Shown here: positions 37,836-46,800 of the stretch, piece after piece
How the letters are laid out: every line of letters starts with the position of its first letter
How positions within the stretch are numbered: the stretch's first letter is position 1
From: a virus
Taxonomy: Duplodnaviria; Caudoviricetes
Reading direction: 5' to 3' (one strand)
Length of the DNA stretch: 64,000 bases
IMG/VR virus record: IMGVR_UViG_3300036945_000454
Span: 788-64,787 of that record
Translations under genes and position numbers: made by a program
The notes under the pieces: generated by a model
Database searches by the model: none
What the model was told of the DNA's origin: nothing
Seen by the model: the letters and a program-made list of their open reading frames with translations, nothing else

Positions 37836-38474
37836 ATGCCATACTTAAATCATAATATACCAACGATTACTTGTCTCATTAAGAATGAGTTCTTGTTTAA
37901 TCAAATTAAGGGTCACGGAGAGTTTACTTTGTGTGACGTGCACTCAGTAGCATCAATGGAGAAGAGGGTGCCATTGTTCGAGGCTTTCTTAGAGAATGGT
38001 GTCAATTGGACAAGAAGGCCCATCAACGCATTCTGCTGGAAGCAAGATGCTGAGGAGATACCGCTAACCGAGTATATGTATTGGGACTGCTTTAGTTCAT
38101 ACGTTGACGTTCAGGTGCGAGCTCGTATGTCAGGTCTTAGGGCTGACCTGCTATCAATATCAGGCGTAAAGAGACAAGGCTTTTATTTGTTCACCCTTGA
38201 TTGGGCATTTGAGAATAAGGGTATGCTAGACACTAACTTCTCTGAGACACCTGAGCACAAGTGTGGTCATCTGTTTAAGATGGATAATGGTAACTTCTTT
38301 ATCTATCCCAACAACAGAATCATTTGGATGGACAATGCTTGGACATACAATCGCATCAAAGGCAATCCTGGTTATCAGATTGACATGACAGTTTATTCGA
38401 TTGAGAATAAAACTAATTATGAGACTGATTATAATTACTTCACGGAATTTAAAAAAGAAGAAGATGGCAAGTAG
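37836..38474 (+). CDS. Conserved hypothetical phage protein
   Basis: MPYLNHNIP...YLFTLDW...EHKCGH...YPNNRI. Confidence 0.7.
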   Translation: MPYLNHNIPTITCLIKNEFLFNQIKGHGEFTLCDVHSVASMEKRVPLFEAFLENGVNWTRRPINAFCWKQDAEEIPLTEYMYWDCFSSYVDVQVRARMSGLRADLLSISGVKRQGFYLFTLDWAFENKGMLDTNFSETPEHKCGHLFKMDNGNFFIYPNNRIIWMDNAWTYNRIKGNPGYQIDMTVYSIENKTNYETDYNYFTEFKKEEDGK

Positions 38475-38751
38475 AATAACACAATCCTTTATCGATAGGG
38501 TTCGGAAGTATTTGCGAGACAATGACCTTCCATTTATTAACGTGAATGATTCCAAGAATATTATGGTTCTCAGGTCAGCAGGATCGTATCATTATTTAGT
38601 TATCCAATTTTTTAATATGCCTGAGGAGTGGATGTATGATCGCAGACATTTTAAGATTAAGACGGCTTATGCCTTAGACTACAAACAATTAACTAACGCT
38701 ATAGAAAGATACCTTGATGGAACTAAGAGATTACCAAAAGAAAATAGTTAA
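38464..38751 (+). CDS. Hypothetical protein
   Basis: Likely start MASRIT. Confidence 0.55.
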   Translation: MASRITQSFIDRVRKYLRDNDLPFINVNDSKNIMVLRSAGSYHYLVIQFFNMPEEWMYDRRHFKIKTAYALDYKQLTNAIERYLDGTKRLPKENS

Positions 38752-39949
38752 ACAAGGGCTTGGCATTATTAGCCAACAAGGTTTACTATATCTTGCTATG
38801 GAGGTGAGAACAGGTAAGACCCTGACATCATTGGCTATATGCGATGAGTTAAAATGTAAGGATGTTTTGTTTATCACTAAACTTAAGGTTGTGCCAGGTA
38901 TACATAAGGATCATCAGATGCTTGGCTCTCAATTTAAACTTACATGTTTAAATTATGAGTCATTACATAAACTTGAAGGTTTAAACTTTGATGTTATTAT
39001 CTGCGATGAGGCTCACACTTTAGGGGCATTCCCTAAACCTAGCAAGCGTGCTAAACAGGTCAAAGACTTAGTCAAGAAGTATAAGTCAAAAGTTATATTC
39101 TTATCAGGCACTCCTACCCCGGAGTCGCATAGTCAGATATACCATCAACTTTATGTGCATCCTAACAATCCTTTTAAAGAGCATATAAACTTTTACCGGT
39201 GGGCTAATGACTATGTCAAGCTAAAGATTAAGTATATCGGTGCCATGAAGGTCAATGATTATTCAGGTGCATTGAAGGATAAGATTACAGCTAAGGTTGA
39301 TCCGTTGATGATTACATACACGCAAGAGGCTGCAGGATTTGAGTCAAAGATAAACGAAATTGTTTACACGATTCCAATGGCAGCTTCGACCTATGCACTA
39401 TGCGAAAGACTAAAGAAGGACTTAGTCATTCAGGGTAAGGACGATGTGATCCTGGCTGACACAGGTGCAAAACTTATGAATAAGTTGCATCAGATGTATA
39501 GCGGAACTATTATCCTTGAGTCAGGTAAAAGACAGATACTCGATGACTCAAAGGCTCAGTTTATTATTAACACTTTCCGTGGTAAGAAGATTGGCATCTT
39601 CTATAAGTTTAAGGCTGAATGGGATTTGCTTAAGGATGTTTATGAAGATAAGCTGACTGATGATCTTGAGGTATTTAATTCTACTGATAAGAACATAGCC
39701 CTACAAATTGTTTCCGGCAGGGAAGGTGTTAGTCTTAAAAATGCAGATGCTTTAGTGTATTTTAATATTGATTATAGTGCAACTAGTTATTGGCAGAGTC
39801 GAGATAGAATGACTACTATTGATCGTAAATTCAATAATGTATACTGGATATTCTCTAAAGGAGGTATTGAGAAAAAAATTTATGAAACAGTTTTAAATAA
39901 AAAATCTTACACACTTGATTATTTTAAAAAAGATTTTATAAATTTGTAA
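38717..39949 (+). CDS. SNF2-like/SF2 helicase
   Basis: LRDYQ, EVRTGKT, DEAH, LSGTP, QSRDR. Confidence 0.85.
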   Translation: MELRDYQKKIVKQGLGIISQQGLLYLAMEVRTGKTLTSLAICDELKCKDVLFITKLKVVPGIHKDHQMLGSQFKLTCLNYESLHKLEGLNFDVIICDEAHTLGAFPKPSKRAKQVKDLVKKYKSKVIFLSGTPTPESHSQIYHQLYVHPNNPFKEHINFYRWANDYVKLKIKYIGAMKVNDYSGALKDKITAKVDPLMITYTQEAAGFESKINEIVYTIPMAASTYALCERLKKDLVIQGKDDVILADTGAKLMNKLHQMYSGTIILESGKRQILDDSKAQFIINTFRGKKIGIFYKFKAEWDLLKDVYEDKLTDDLEVFNSTDKNIALQIVSGREGVSLKNADALVYFNIDYSATSYWQSRDRMTTIDRKFNNVYWIFSKGGIEKKIYETVLNKKSYTLDYFKKDFINL

Positions 39950-40038
39950 TGAATCGGAGTCGCAGCCGAAACAAGAACTTAAAAAAAGATTCCCGACATG
40001 AAGAGACTGCGACCTCAGATTGTCGGGTTTTCTAATTT
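39950..40038 (+). ncRNA. Candidate kissing-loop leader RNA C
   Basis: Promoter TAAATTTG 39939-39946; UCGG-AGUCGCAG-CCGA, then CCCGACA-UGAA-GAG-A-CUGCGAC-CUC-AGAU-UGUCGGG, U-tract, ATG. Confidence 0.7.
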
Positions 40039-40536
40039 ATGGAAGAGATTATTTTAATTGACATCATTGGATATGAAGGCTTATATATGGCAAGGAATGA
40101 TGGAAAAATCATTAACAAAAATACAGGGAGAATTCTAAAGCCATCTATTACTAACGGATATGAAAGACTCTCATTGTACAAAAACAAAAAACCTAAAAAT
40201 TTTTTAGTTCATAGATTGATTGCAGAAAGCTTTATGGGTAAGCTAAAAGATAAAGAAATTATCAATCATATAAATGGCAATAAATTAGACAACAATTATA
40301 CGAATCTTGAAATATGTTCGCATTTAGAAAATAGTTGTCATGCTTCAAAGTTTAAAACCAAATCAAGCAAATATATAGGCGTTTGTTTTGACAAAGGTGA
40401 AAATAAGTGGGTGGCACAAATAAATATAGGTAGAATCAATAAAAAATTAGGTAGGTTTGAAAATGAAATTGATGCATATTTGTGTCGATTTAATTACGAA
40501 AAAGATAATAACATAAAAAATAAATATTTATGTTAG
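40039..40536 (+). CDS. NUMOD4-HNH-AP2-like homing endonuclease
   Basis: GYEGLY, LVHRLIA, INHINGNKLDN..TNLE, SSKYIGV. Confidence 0.9.
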   Translation: MEEIILIDIIGYEGLYMARNDGKIINKNTGRILKPSITNGYERLSLYKNKKPKNFLVHRLIAESFMGKLKDKEIINHINGNKLDNNYTNLEICSHLENSCHASKFKTKSSKYIGVCFDKGENKWVAQINIGRINKKLGRFENEIDAYLCRFNYEKDNNIKNKYLC

Positions 40537-40784
40537 AGTCTAAAAGAAAAGCAAAGGTTAGAAACAAGTTGAAAAAAGAAGGATATTTCGTTGTTCAACT
40601 AATAAAGACTTCGCCCAATGGAATGCCTGATACAATGGCACTCAAGGGTGGCAAACTAATGTTTATCGAAATGAAACAGCCCCATGGGATTGTTTCACCA
40701 TTGCAAAGGGTTACGCATAAGATGCTTAAAGACCAAGGGTTTGAAGTAAAGATATGGACAGACTATAATATAGACTATGAATAA
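40530..40784 (+). CDS. VRR-NUC nuclease
   Basis: GMPD, FIEMK, SPLQ. Confidence 0.8.
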   Translation: MLESKRKAKVRNKLKKEGYFVVQLIKTSPNGMPDTMALKGGKLMFIEMKQPHGIVSPLQRVTHKMLKDQGFEVKIWTDYNIDYE

Positions 40785-41157
40785 CGAAATAGGAATGAAG
40801 TTCTTAGAGGAGACAGAGTTAGTAGCTATCCCTTCTAGTTTATTTAAATGGATTGAATCGTTCGATGATGATAAGATGGACCAAATTATGGATGCGTTAA
40901 TTCACTTTGACAATCCGTTTGAAGAAGAGACCACCATTGTATTTGCTACTATAGGTAATGATCCCGAGTATTATATGATGGAGGTTGGCCGTGGGTCAAT
41001 TGAGATTGATGATGTGGGTGGCGAAAGAGATATGCTTGTTATTGATACACTATCTAAGATTGAAATTGATGAATTCCTAGATAATGTTATAGCTGGGAAT
41101 AAAATTGTAAACAATCAAGAATTAAAAAGAATTTTACTTAACTATAGCTTATTATGA
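40777..41157 (+). CDS. Hypothetical protein
   Basis: 126 aa acidic ORF. Confidence 0.6.
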   Translation: MNNEIGMKFLEETELVAIPSSLFKWIESFDDDKMDQIMDALIHFDNPFEEETTIVFATIGNDPEYYMMEVGRGSIEIDDVGGERDMLVIDTLSKIEIDEFLDNVIAGNKIVNNQELKRILLNYSLL

Positions 41158-41170
41158 AAACTGAAAAATT

Positions 41171-41524
41171 ATGTTAACCAAAACTGAGAAAGAAAAGTCG
41201 CTTATGTTCCTAGCATTACTTCAGGTAACATATGAGATGGCCGATGACCTTGACTTCAAGGCTCGACCATTTGATAAGCCTATTATCAAAGAGAGAACGT
41301 GGGAGCTTACACGCACAATAAATAAGCAGATATCTAAGATACTCCCTATGGAGGACTGCGATAAGCCAGATTGGGACAACGCTGTCAATCAGCACGTTGA
41401 GGCCGCTGAGAGAATGATGGAGTTCTTTAAGATTGGACTAAAGCTACAGGAGTTAGATCCGGTTAAGGTACAAGGATTCGACACGCAACTAAATATTCTA
41501 CTTAAAACCTACGAAATAGAATGA
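41171..41524 (+). CDS. Hypothetical protein
   Basis: 117 aa ORF. Confidence 0.6.
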   Translation: MLTKTEKEKSLMFLALLQVTYEMADDLDFKARPFDKPIIKERTWELTRTINKQISKILPMEDCDKPDWDNAVNQHVEAAERMMEFFKIGLKLQELDPVKVQGFDTQLNILLKTYEIE

Positions 41525-41805
41525 TCGGTAAAAAAGAAATAGAAGAGCAGGATCTGATAGACCTTGGCTTCAAGTTAGTAGTAGTTAGCAAGGAGGAGCA
41601 TGGAGGAGAGAACGACTTTTATTACTACGTTATTAATCTGTTTGATGGCGATGGGCCATGCTTAATCTCTAATGCTAATGATGAGGTTATTAATTCTAAA
41701 TGGAAGGTAGAGTTATTTGACTATGACAGGTTCTACTTTGATGACGTTAAATCATTAACTGAGTTTATGCTCTCTGCTAAAAATGTCAAAACGAAAAAAG
41801 AATAG
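41521..41805 (+). CDS. Hypothetical protein
   Basis: 94 aa ORF. Confidence 0.6.
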   Translation: MIGKKEIEEQDLIDLGFKLVVVSKEEHGGENDFYYYVINLFDGDGPCLISNANDEVINSKWKVELFDYDRFYFDDVKSLTEFMLSAKNVKTKKE

Positions 41806-41923
41806 TATTTACTTTCGTGTAGTTCACGAGAATGGGTACGTGACTGAGTTCGATATACTAACTGACGGCATGAGCATTGATAAGATAATTGAGACGTTAG
41901 ATTTTATAGTAAGCATTCAGTAA
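41783..41923 (+). CDS. 46-aa hypothetical protein
   Basis: Hand-translated MSKRKKNSIYFRVVHENGYVTEFDIL... Confidence 0.45.
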   Translation: MSKRKKNSIYFRVVHENGYVTEFDILTDGMSIDKIIETLDFIVSIQ

Positions 41924-42174
41924 AAAGTCCCCCGAAATCTTTGAGATGTACTGGGCTGACAGCTGGAAAGACAGCATTTTTTACCCTAACTTTATAACAA
42001 ATAATGATGTAAATTACCCTCACTACGTTACACTTTTCAAGTTAATGGTGGAAAATTCCGCCATTTTTATACCTTAATGAGTATTAAAAGTTACAAAAAT
42101 TACAAGTTTTGATATTAAAAGCATACAACCTATTGTTTTATTTATTAAATTTATCTGGGTTAAATGCGATTAGT

Positions 42175-42216
42175 TAGGGGGACTGGTTTTTTCGTTTGCA
42201 GTCTCCCTATTTTTTT
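42175..42216 (+). terminator. Intrinsic terminator
   Basis: TAGGGGGACTG...CAGTCTCCCTA followed by T7. Confidence 0.6.
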
Positions 42217-42221
42217 AGCTA

Positions 42222-42431
42222 ATGAAAGATAAAGAACATATAGATTTTACAAATAAAACAATGAGTTTCATCAACAAACTGACTGATGAAATTTATGAAT
42301 CTCTAATCGACAAAGAGTACGAGGATCTCTACGACTCTACCCAAATCCTAATCGAATATTTAACCAAACTCCAAAATGACAGATTACATCAAGTACGCTC
42401 TAGAGTTGTACCAAGAAGGGACATTATCTAA
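42222..42431 (+). CDS. Hypothetical protein
   Basis: 69 aa ORF. Confidence 0.5.
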   Translation: MKDKEHIDFTNKTMSFINKLTDEIYESLIDKEYEDLYDSTQILIEYLTKLQNDRLHQVRSRVVPRRDII

Positions 42432-43572
42432 AGCCCAAATCGCAAGAGAGGTCAAAGTTAAATTCAACCTTGATTCAGACATTGAAACTTTACGTAAAAG
42501 AATATCAAGAAAAATTATTGAATCAGAGCACTCTGGATTAAAAGATGAGTGTGATACAATCGGAGCCCCGATCACAGGCGTAACACGTTATTGGGTTAAA
42601 ACGAAAACCCATTCAACATTAGTTGACATCCCCAAAGAAGAGTACGCAAAATCAATTTTAGATGCGGTTAGTGACATCGTCAGCAACTATAATCCTGATA
42701 AGCTACGTTCTATCACAAAATTTAAAACAGACTCTCCTGTGTCAATTAAAGCGACCGTGTCAGATATGCACGTTGGCTTAGAACCTAACCCGGGCGGTAC
42801 ATCACTATTTGCATATGAGTATAATGAGGCCATTTTTAAACAAAACCTTGATAAAGTATTTAACTCTATCTGTAAGGAACATGATAATCATGGAAGATTT
42901 GATATACTTGTTATTGATGATCTTGGCGATGGTCTTGACGGTTGGAACGGCCATACTACTCGAGGCGGTCATCCTTTAGATCAAAATATGTCAAATGAAG
43001 AAATGTTTAGAGTTTTTGTTGAAGGCAAACTCGCTCTTATCGAGAATTGCATACGAGCTGGTATTGCTAATGAGGTTATTGTTCGCAATGTAGCAAATGA
43101 CAATCACAGCGGATCGTTCGCATCGATTGCGAATATGACGATACAGATGCTACTTAATCGTACGTATTCACAGGAAGACGTTAAATTCCACATCCTTAAC
43201 CGGTTCATGGAGCACTTCCAATATGGTGACCACACGTTTATATTAACGCACGGCAAGGATGCAAAGCACATGTTCAAAGGCTTGCCTTATAACTTAAACG
43301 ACAAGGCTACGTCATTCATTAATGATTATATCGATCATTATAACATTAACACAAAATACATCCACGTCGAGAAGGGTGACCTGCATAGAATTGGTTATGA
43401 TAGGACAAAGAAATTTGACTACCGAAACTACATGACCTTTGCTCCTCCATCTGCCTGGGTATCTCATAATTTTGGGGACTGCTATAGTGGATATTCTATT
43501 CAGACTATTCCAAAATTTAGCGGAGAGATATCCCATACTGATTATTATTTTGATTTAAAAAAGAAATTGTAA
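42376..43572 (+). CDS. Calcineurin-like metallophosphoesterase with N-terminal HTH
   Basis: SDMHVG, LGDGLDG, NDNH, THG, GDLH; LSKAQIAREV. Confidence 0.8.
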   Translation: MTDYIKYALELYQEGTLSKAQIAREVKVKFNLDSDIETLRKRISRKIIESEHSGLKDECDTIGAPITGVTRYWVKTKTHSTLVDIPKEEYAKSILDAVSDIVSNYNPDKLRSITKFKTDSPVSIKATVSDMHVGLEPNPGGTSLFAYEYNEAIFKQNLDKVFNSICKEHDNHGRFDILVIDDLGDGLDGWNGHTTRGGHPLDQNMSNEEMFRVFVEGKLALIENCIRAGIANEVIVRNVANDNHSGSFASIANMTIQMLLNRTYSQEDVKFHILNRFMEHFQYGDHTFILTHGKDAKHMFKGLPYNLNDKATSFINDYIDHYNINTKYIHVEKGDLHRIGYDRTKKFDYRNYMTFAPPSAWVSHNFGDCYSGYSIQTIPKFSGEISHTDYYFDLKKKL

Positions 43573-43581
43573 ATTTGTAAT

Positions 43582-43800
43582 ATGAAAACAAGAATAGGAC
43601 ATCTGAATTACATCAACAACAAAAATAAGAAATCCTCTGAGTTAGAGAATTATCATTTTGTGTGGGTGAAAAGCTTAGTATCAGGAGAAAACATCCCATT
43701 GATGCTATCTAATGTTGAATTGAACAATGCTATCGTTCGTGCTGATAAAAACAAGGAGGATATTATTGAGCAAAGTTTTATCTCTAAATTAATAGATTAG
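43582..43800 (+). CDS. Hypothetical protein
   Basis: 72 aa ORF with TAAATTTG promoter at 43570-43577. Confidence 0.6.
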   Translation: MKTRIGHLNYINNKNKKSSELENYHFVWVKSLVSGENIPLMLSNVELNNAIVRADKNKEDIIEQSFISKLID

Positions 43801-43843
43801 TAGATTGTATTTTTCATAATAGGTTTAAGGTTGATAATTAATT

Positions 43844-43875
43844 AAAAAGGGGACTTCTGGTCCCCATTTTTATTT
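43844..43875. terminator. Bidirectional terminator at the strand convergence
   Basis: AAAAA-GGGGAC-TTCTG-GTCCCC-ATTTTT. Confidence 0.75.
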
Positions 43876-46800
43876 TAGAATCTAGTCTTTCTTTTAGTAC
43901 TATCTTTCTTGGCTTTTGCATCCTCTTTGGCCTTTATGTTTACAGCCTTGACGATATTGTTTGATATAGTTAAGAATTCACGTGGAGCAATATTCATTGC
44001 CACCATAGCTCTAGGAATCAGAGATTGCTTAAGAACTTTCTTTTGTTCGTCTGAATATTCAAATGTGTTGCCATACTTATCTGTGAACGATCCATCAAAA
44101 GCCTCGTCAGCACGATAGCCCATATCAAGAATTGCCTCGATACCAACACTAGGCACACCTCCAACGATGTCACCAACTACCTGGGTAACAGGTAACTCAT
44201 CTTTTGCAAAGAATCTAAATGGTTGATCCATTTTCTCTTTTAGGGCTTCAGCTTTCTTATCTACAACAGGAGCACCAAAAGCTTTTTTTCTTCTTTTAGC
44301 CTTGCGACCAAACAAATTTTTCTCTTGTTTTTCTTCTTCTTTCTTAGCCTTTAATTGTTCTTTCGGAGATCCACCCTGGACATAATCCATTAGGTTATTT
44401 AATCCAATCAAAGTAACATATTCAAGCTGATTAGGAATTGGTGCTACAAATTCAAATATGCTTTTACCTACAAATATAGAGTCAGTCCATTTCTCACTAG
44501 CAGATTTTGATCGCATAAATGGCATAGCTTTAGCGATTGCATCCAAGATGCCATCTGTCTTCTCTTCTTCCGGCTTTTCGTATCCCAAGGCATAATATGC
44601 TGCACTTAACAATAACCCTCCTATCAAGGCTTGAATAGTTTGAAATGTATAGGCTTCAATAAGTCCAGCTGTTAAAGATTGAACGGCTTTAACTTTCTCT
44701 TGGGCACTAGATGTTTTAGAAGTAAGCAACGTAATGTTCCTGTTGTTCTTGTCTTTTAAGTTAAACTGGTAAGAAGCAAAAGGGAAAAATAACTGACGGA
44801 TGATTTTAGTCGTAGCATCTTTAGATGCTAGTAACTTACCACCCAATTCGGATATGTTCATATTCTGCTGATCCTGTACCATAAACTCAGCATAGTCAGC
44901 TGCCTCCTCGTTAATCTCGTGATTTTTCCAATCAAAGTTTGTCATATCAACACCCATTGATTTTAGTTTACTTCTGTAGTATCCAAGCCATGCTATGTTA
45001 GCAACAGTAACGTCAGGGTCCTTTAAGAACTTCTCAATATACTTATCACCCAAATAAGATAAAGCTTCGGTAAATTTACCAACCTTTCCTTTATTTGCTC
45101 GCTCAATTAATTTCTCAGCGAAGTCAATAGATGTTTGAGATTCAGCACCACGTAATGAAATTCCATAGCCTGATTTATCTAAAAATTCCATAGCATCCTT
45201 ATCAAAAAAGTCAGCAAAACTCATACCAAAACTACCTAGGTCATCAATCATATTGATGGCAGTATTAGCTATCATTGGTATAGATTGCTTAGGTGCTGAT
45301 GACAATGATCCTAATCCAATACGAGTACCATATTTACTTAGTGAAGTAACAACCTTATTAACTATCTTAGCTTCTTTAGATGAGTATGTGTCTTGACGTT
45401 CACGCAATGCGTTGATGTTAAAGTTTAAACGCTTAAGCACCATTTGTCTGTCATCAAAGTCAGGGAATATTTCTATAAATGACTCAGAGTTTGTGTATCC
45501 CATAAACTGCTGAACAAAAGGAGTAGTTCTTACATCAACAAGTGTTTTCTCTAAAGCAGAAATGTTATTAAAGTCAAAGTCATAGTCTCTAACACGATTT
45601 ACTTCTTTTGTTTTATCATTTTTAGGTAACCCGTCAATCTTTTGGTTCTTCTTTAATGTACCTACCTTCTCTGTGCTAACAACGTCAAATGCCATTTTAA
45701 ATGCACCTTTTACAAGCAAGTCATCAGAAACATTTTCCATTAACTTCTCGTACATATCAGGTACGTAATTAGCATCTTCATCCAATACTATATTGTAGTA
45801 ATCAGCAGCCATTCTTTTAAACTCAGGATAATATTTTCTCCACATATCCTGTACTTCTCCTACTGCAGCTTGATTAATAGGATCGATATTCTTCTTAACA
45901 TCATTGATATCTTTAGCATCCTTAATCTTCTGATAAATAGAATCATATAAATCTGCCTTATCAATTAATTCTTGCTTACCAGTTTTGCGAAGAGCTTCTA
46001 TAGTTAATTTTAACTGCTTCATCTTACGATCAAATTCTTTCTTAACTTGCTCAGGAGTTCCGTTTAGAATCGTTCTAGATAAGTCAGCAAAAATACCACG
46101 CTCAAATATATTCAATGCAGACTTAAAATCCATTCCGTTAGGCTTTGATCCATCAAACTTGTCAGAATATTTTTTAGCAAAGTCGTTAGCAATTTTCTTG
46201 CCCTCAACAAATCCACGAACAATACCTGCAAAACCAGAATTCTTTAAGAATTTAATTCCTGTGTATGTGCTACGGAATAAACCTGCAATTAATGAATCTG
46301 TCTTTGAAATATAAATTGCTTCTAAATTATTGTACAAATCACCTACAGATGCAATGCCACCTAGTATGTTGCCAATTAATCCTTTGTTAGTTATTTTCTT
46401 TAAATAAGCTAATCTACCAATTAGTCCATAAGACAATGGCCGAGCCTTCATTCCTCCTTCAGCGTCCTTTGCTGAATTAGTATTACCAGTATACGTTTGC
46501 AATATAGCACCCATTCTACTAGTTGTACCGTTGACAATAAAGTTTTCTAAAGATTCTACAGCACGTAATTGTTGCTCTAAAGGAAGAGCTTCAATATCCA
46601 TATTTATAAAATCATTAATCATTTTAAAATCAACATCCTGCTCATCATATTCACCTTCCTCAAGCATCTCTTTTGCTGTCTGTGCAAATCCGGCAAAAGC
46701 TTCTTTGGTATACTCTCTAACTATATCTGACTTTGTTGAGTCTGCTGAGTTTGGATTATTTTCTACAGAATTAATGTAATCATTGATTTCATCAAATGAC

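Noticed and set aside
39958-40016. Hammerhead ribozyme reading of leader C (GAAAC ... UGAAGAG)
   Set aside because: Core is AUGAAGA rather than CUGANGA, no stem III/NUH site forms, and copy B has GCAAAC instead of GAAAC
45573-45587. DYDFD as a DxDxD virion RNA polymerase motif
   Set aside because: Isolated match in a helical region without recognisable double-psi barrel context; would need a profile search
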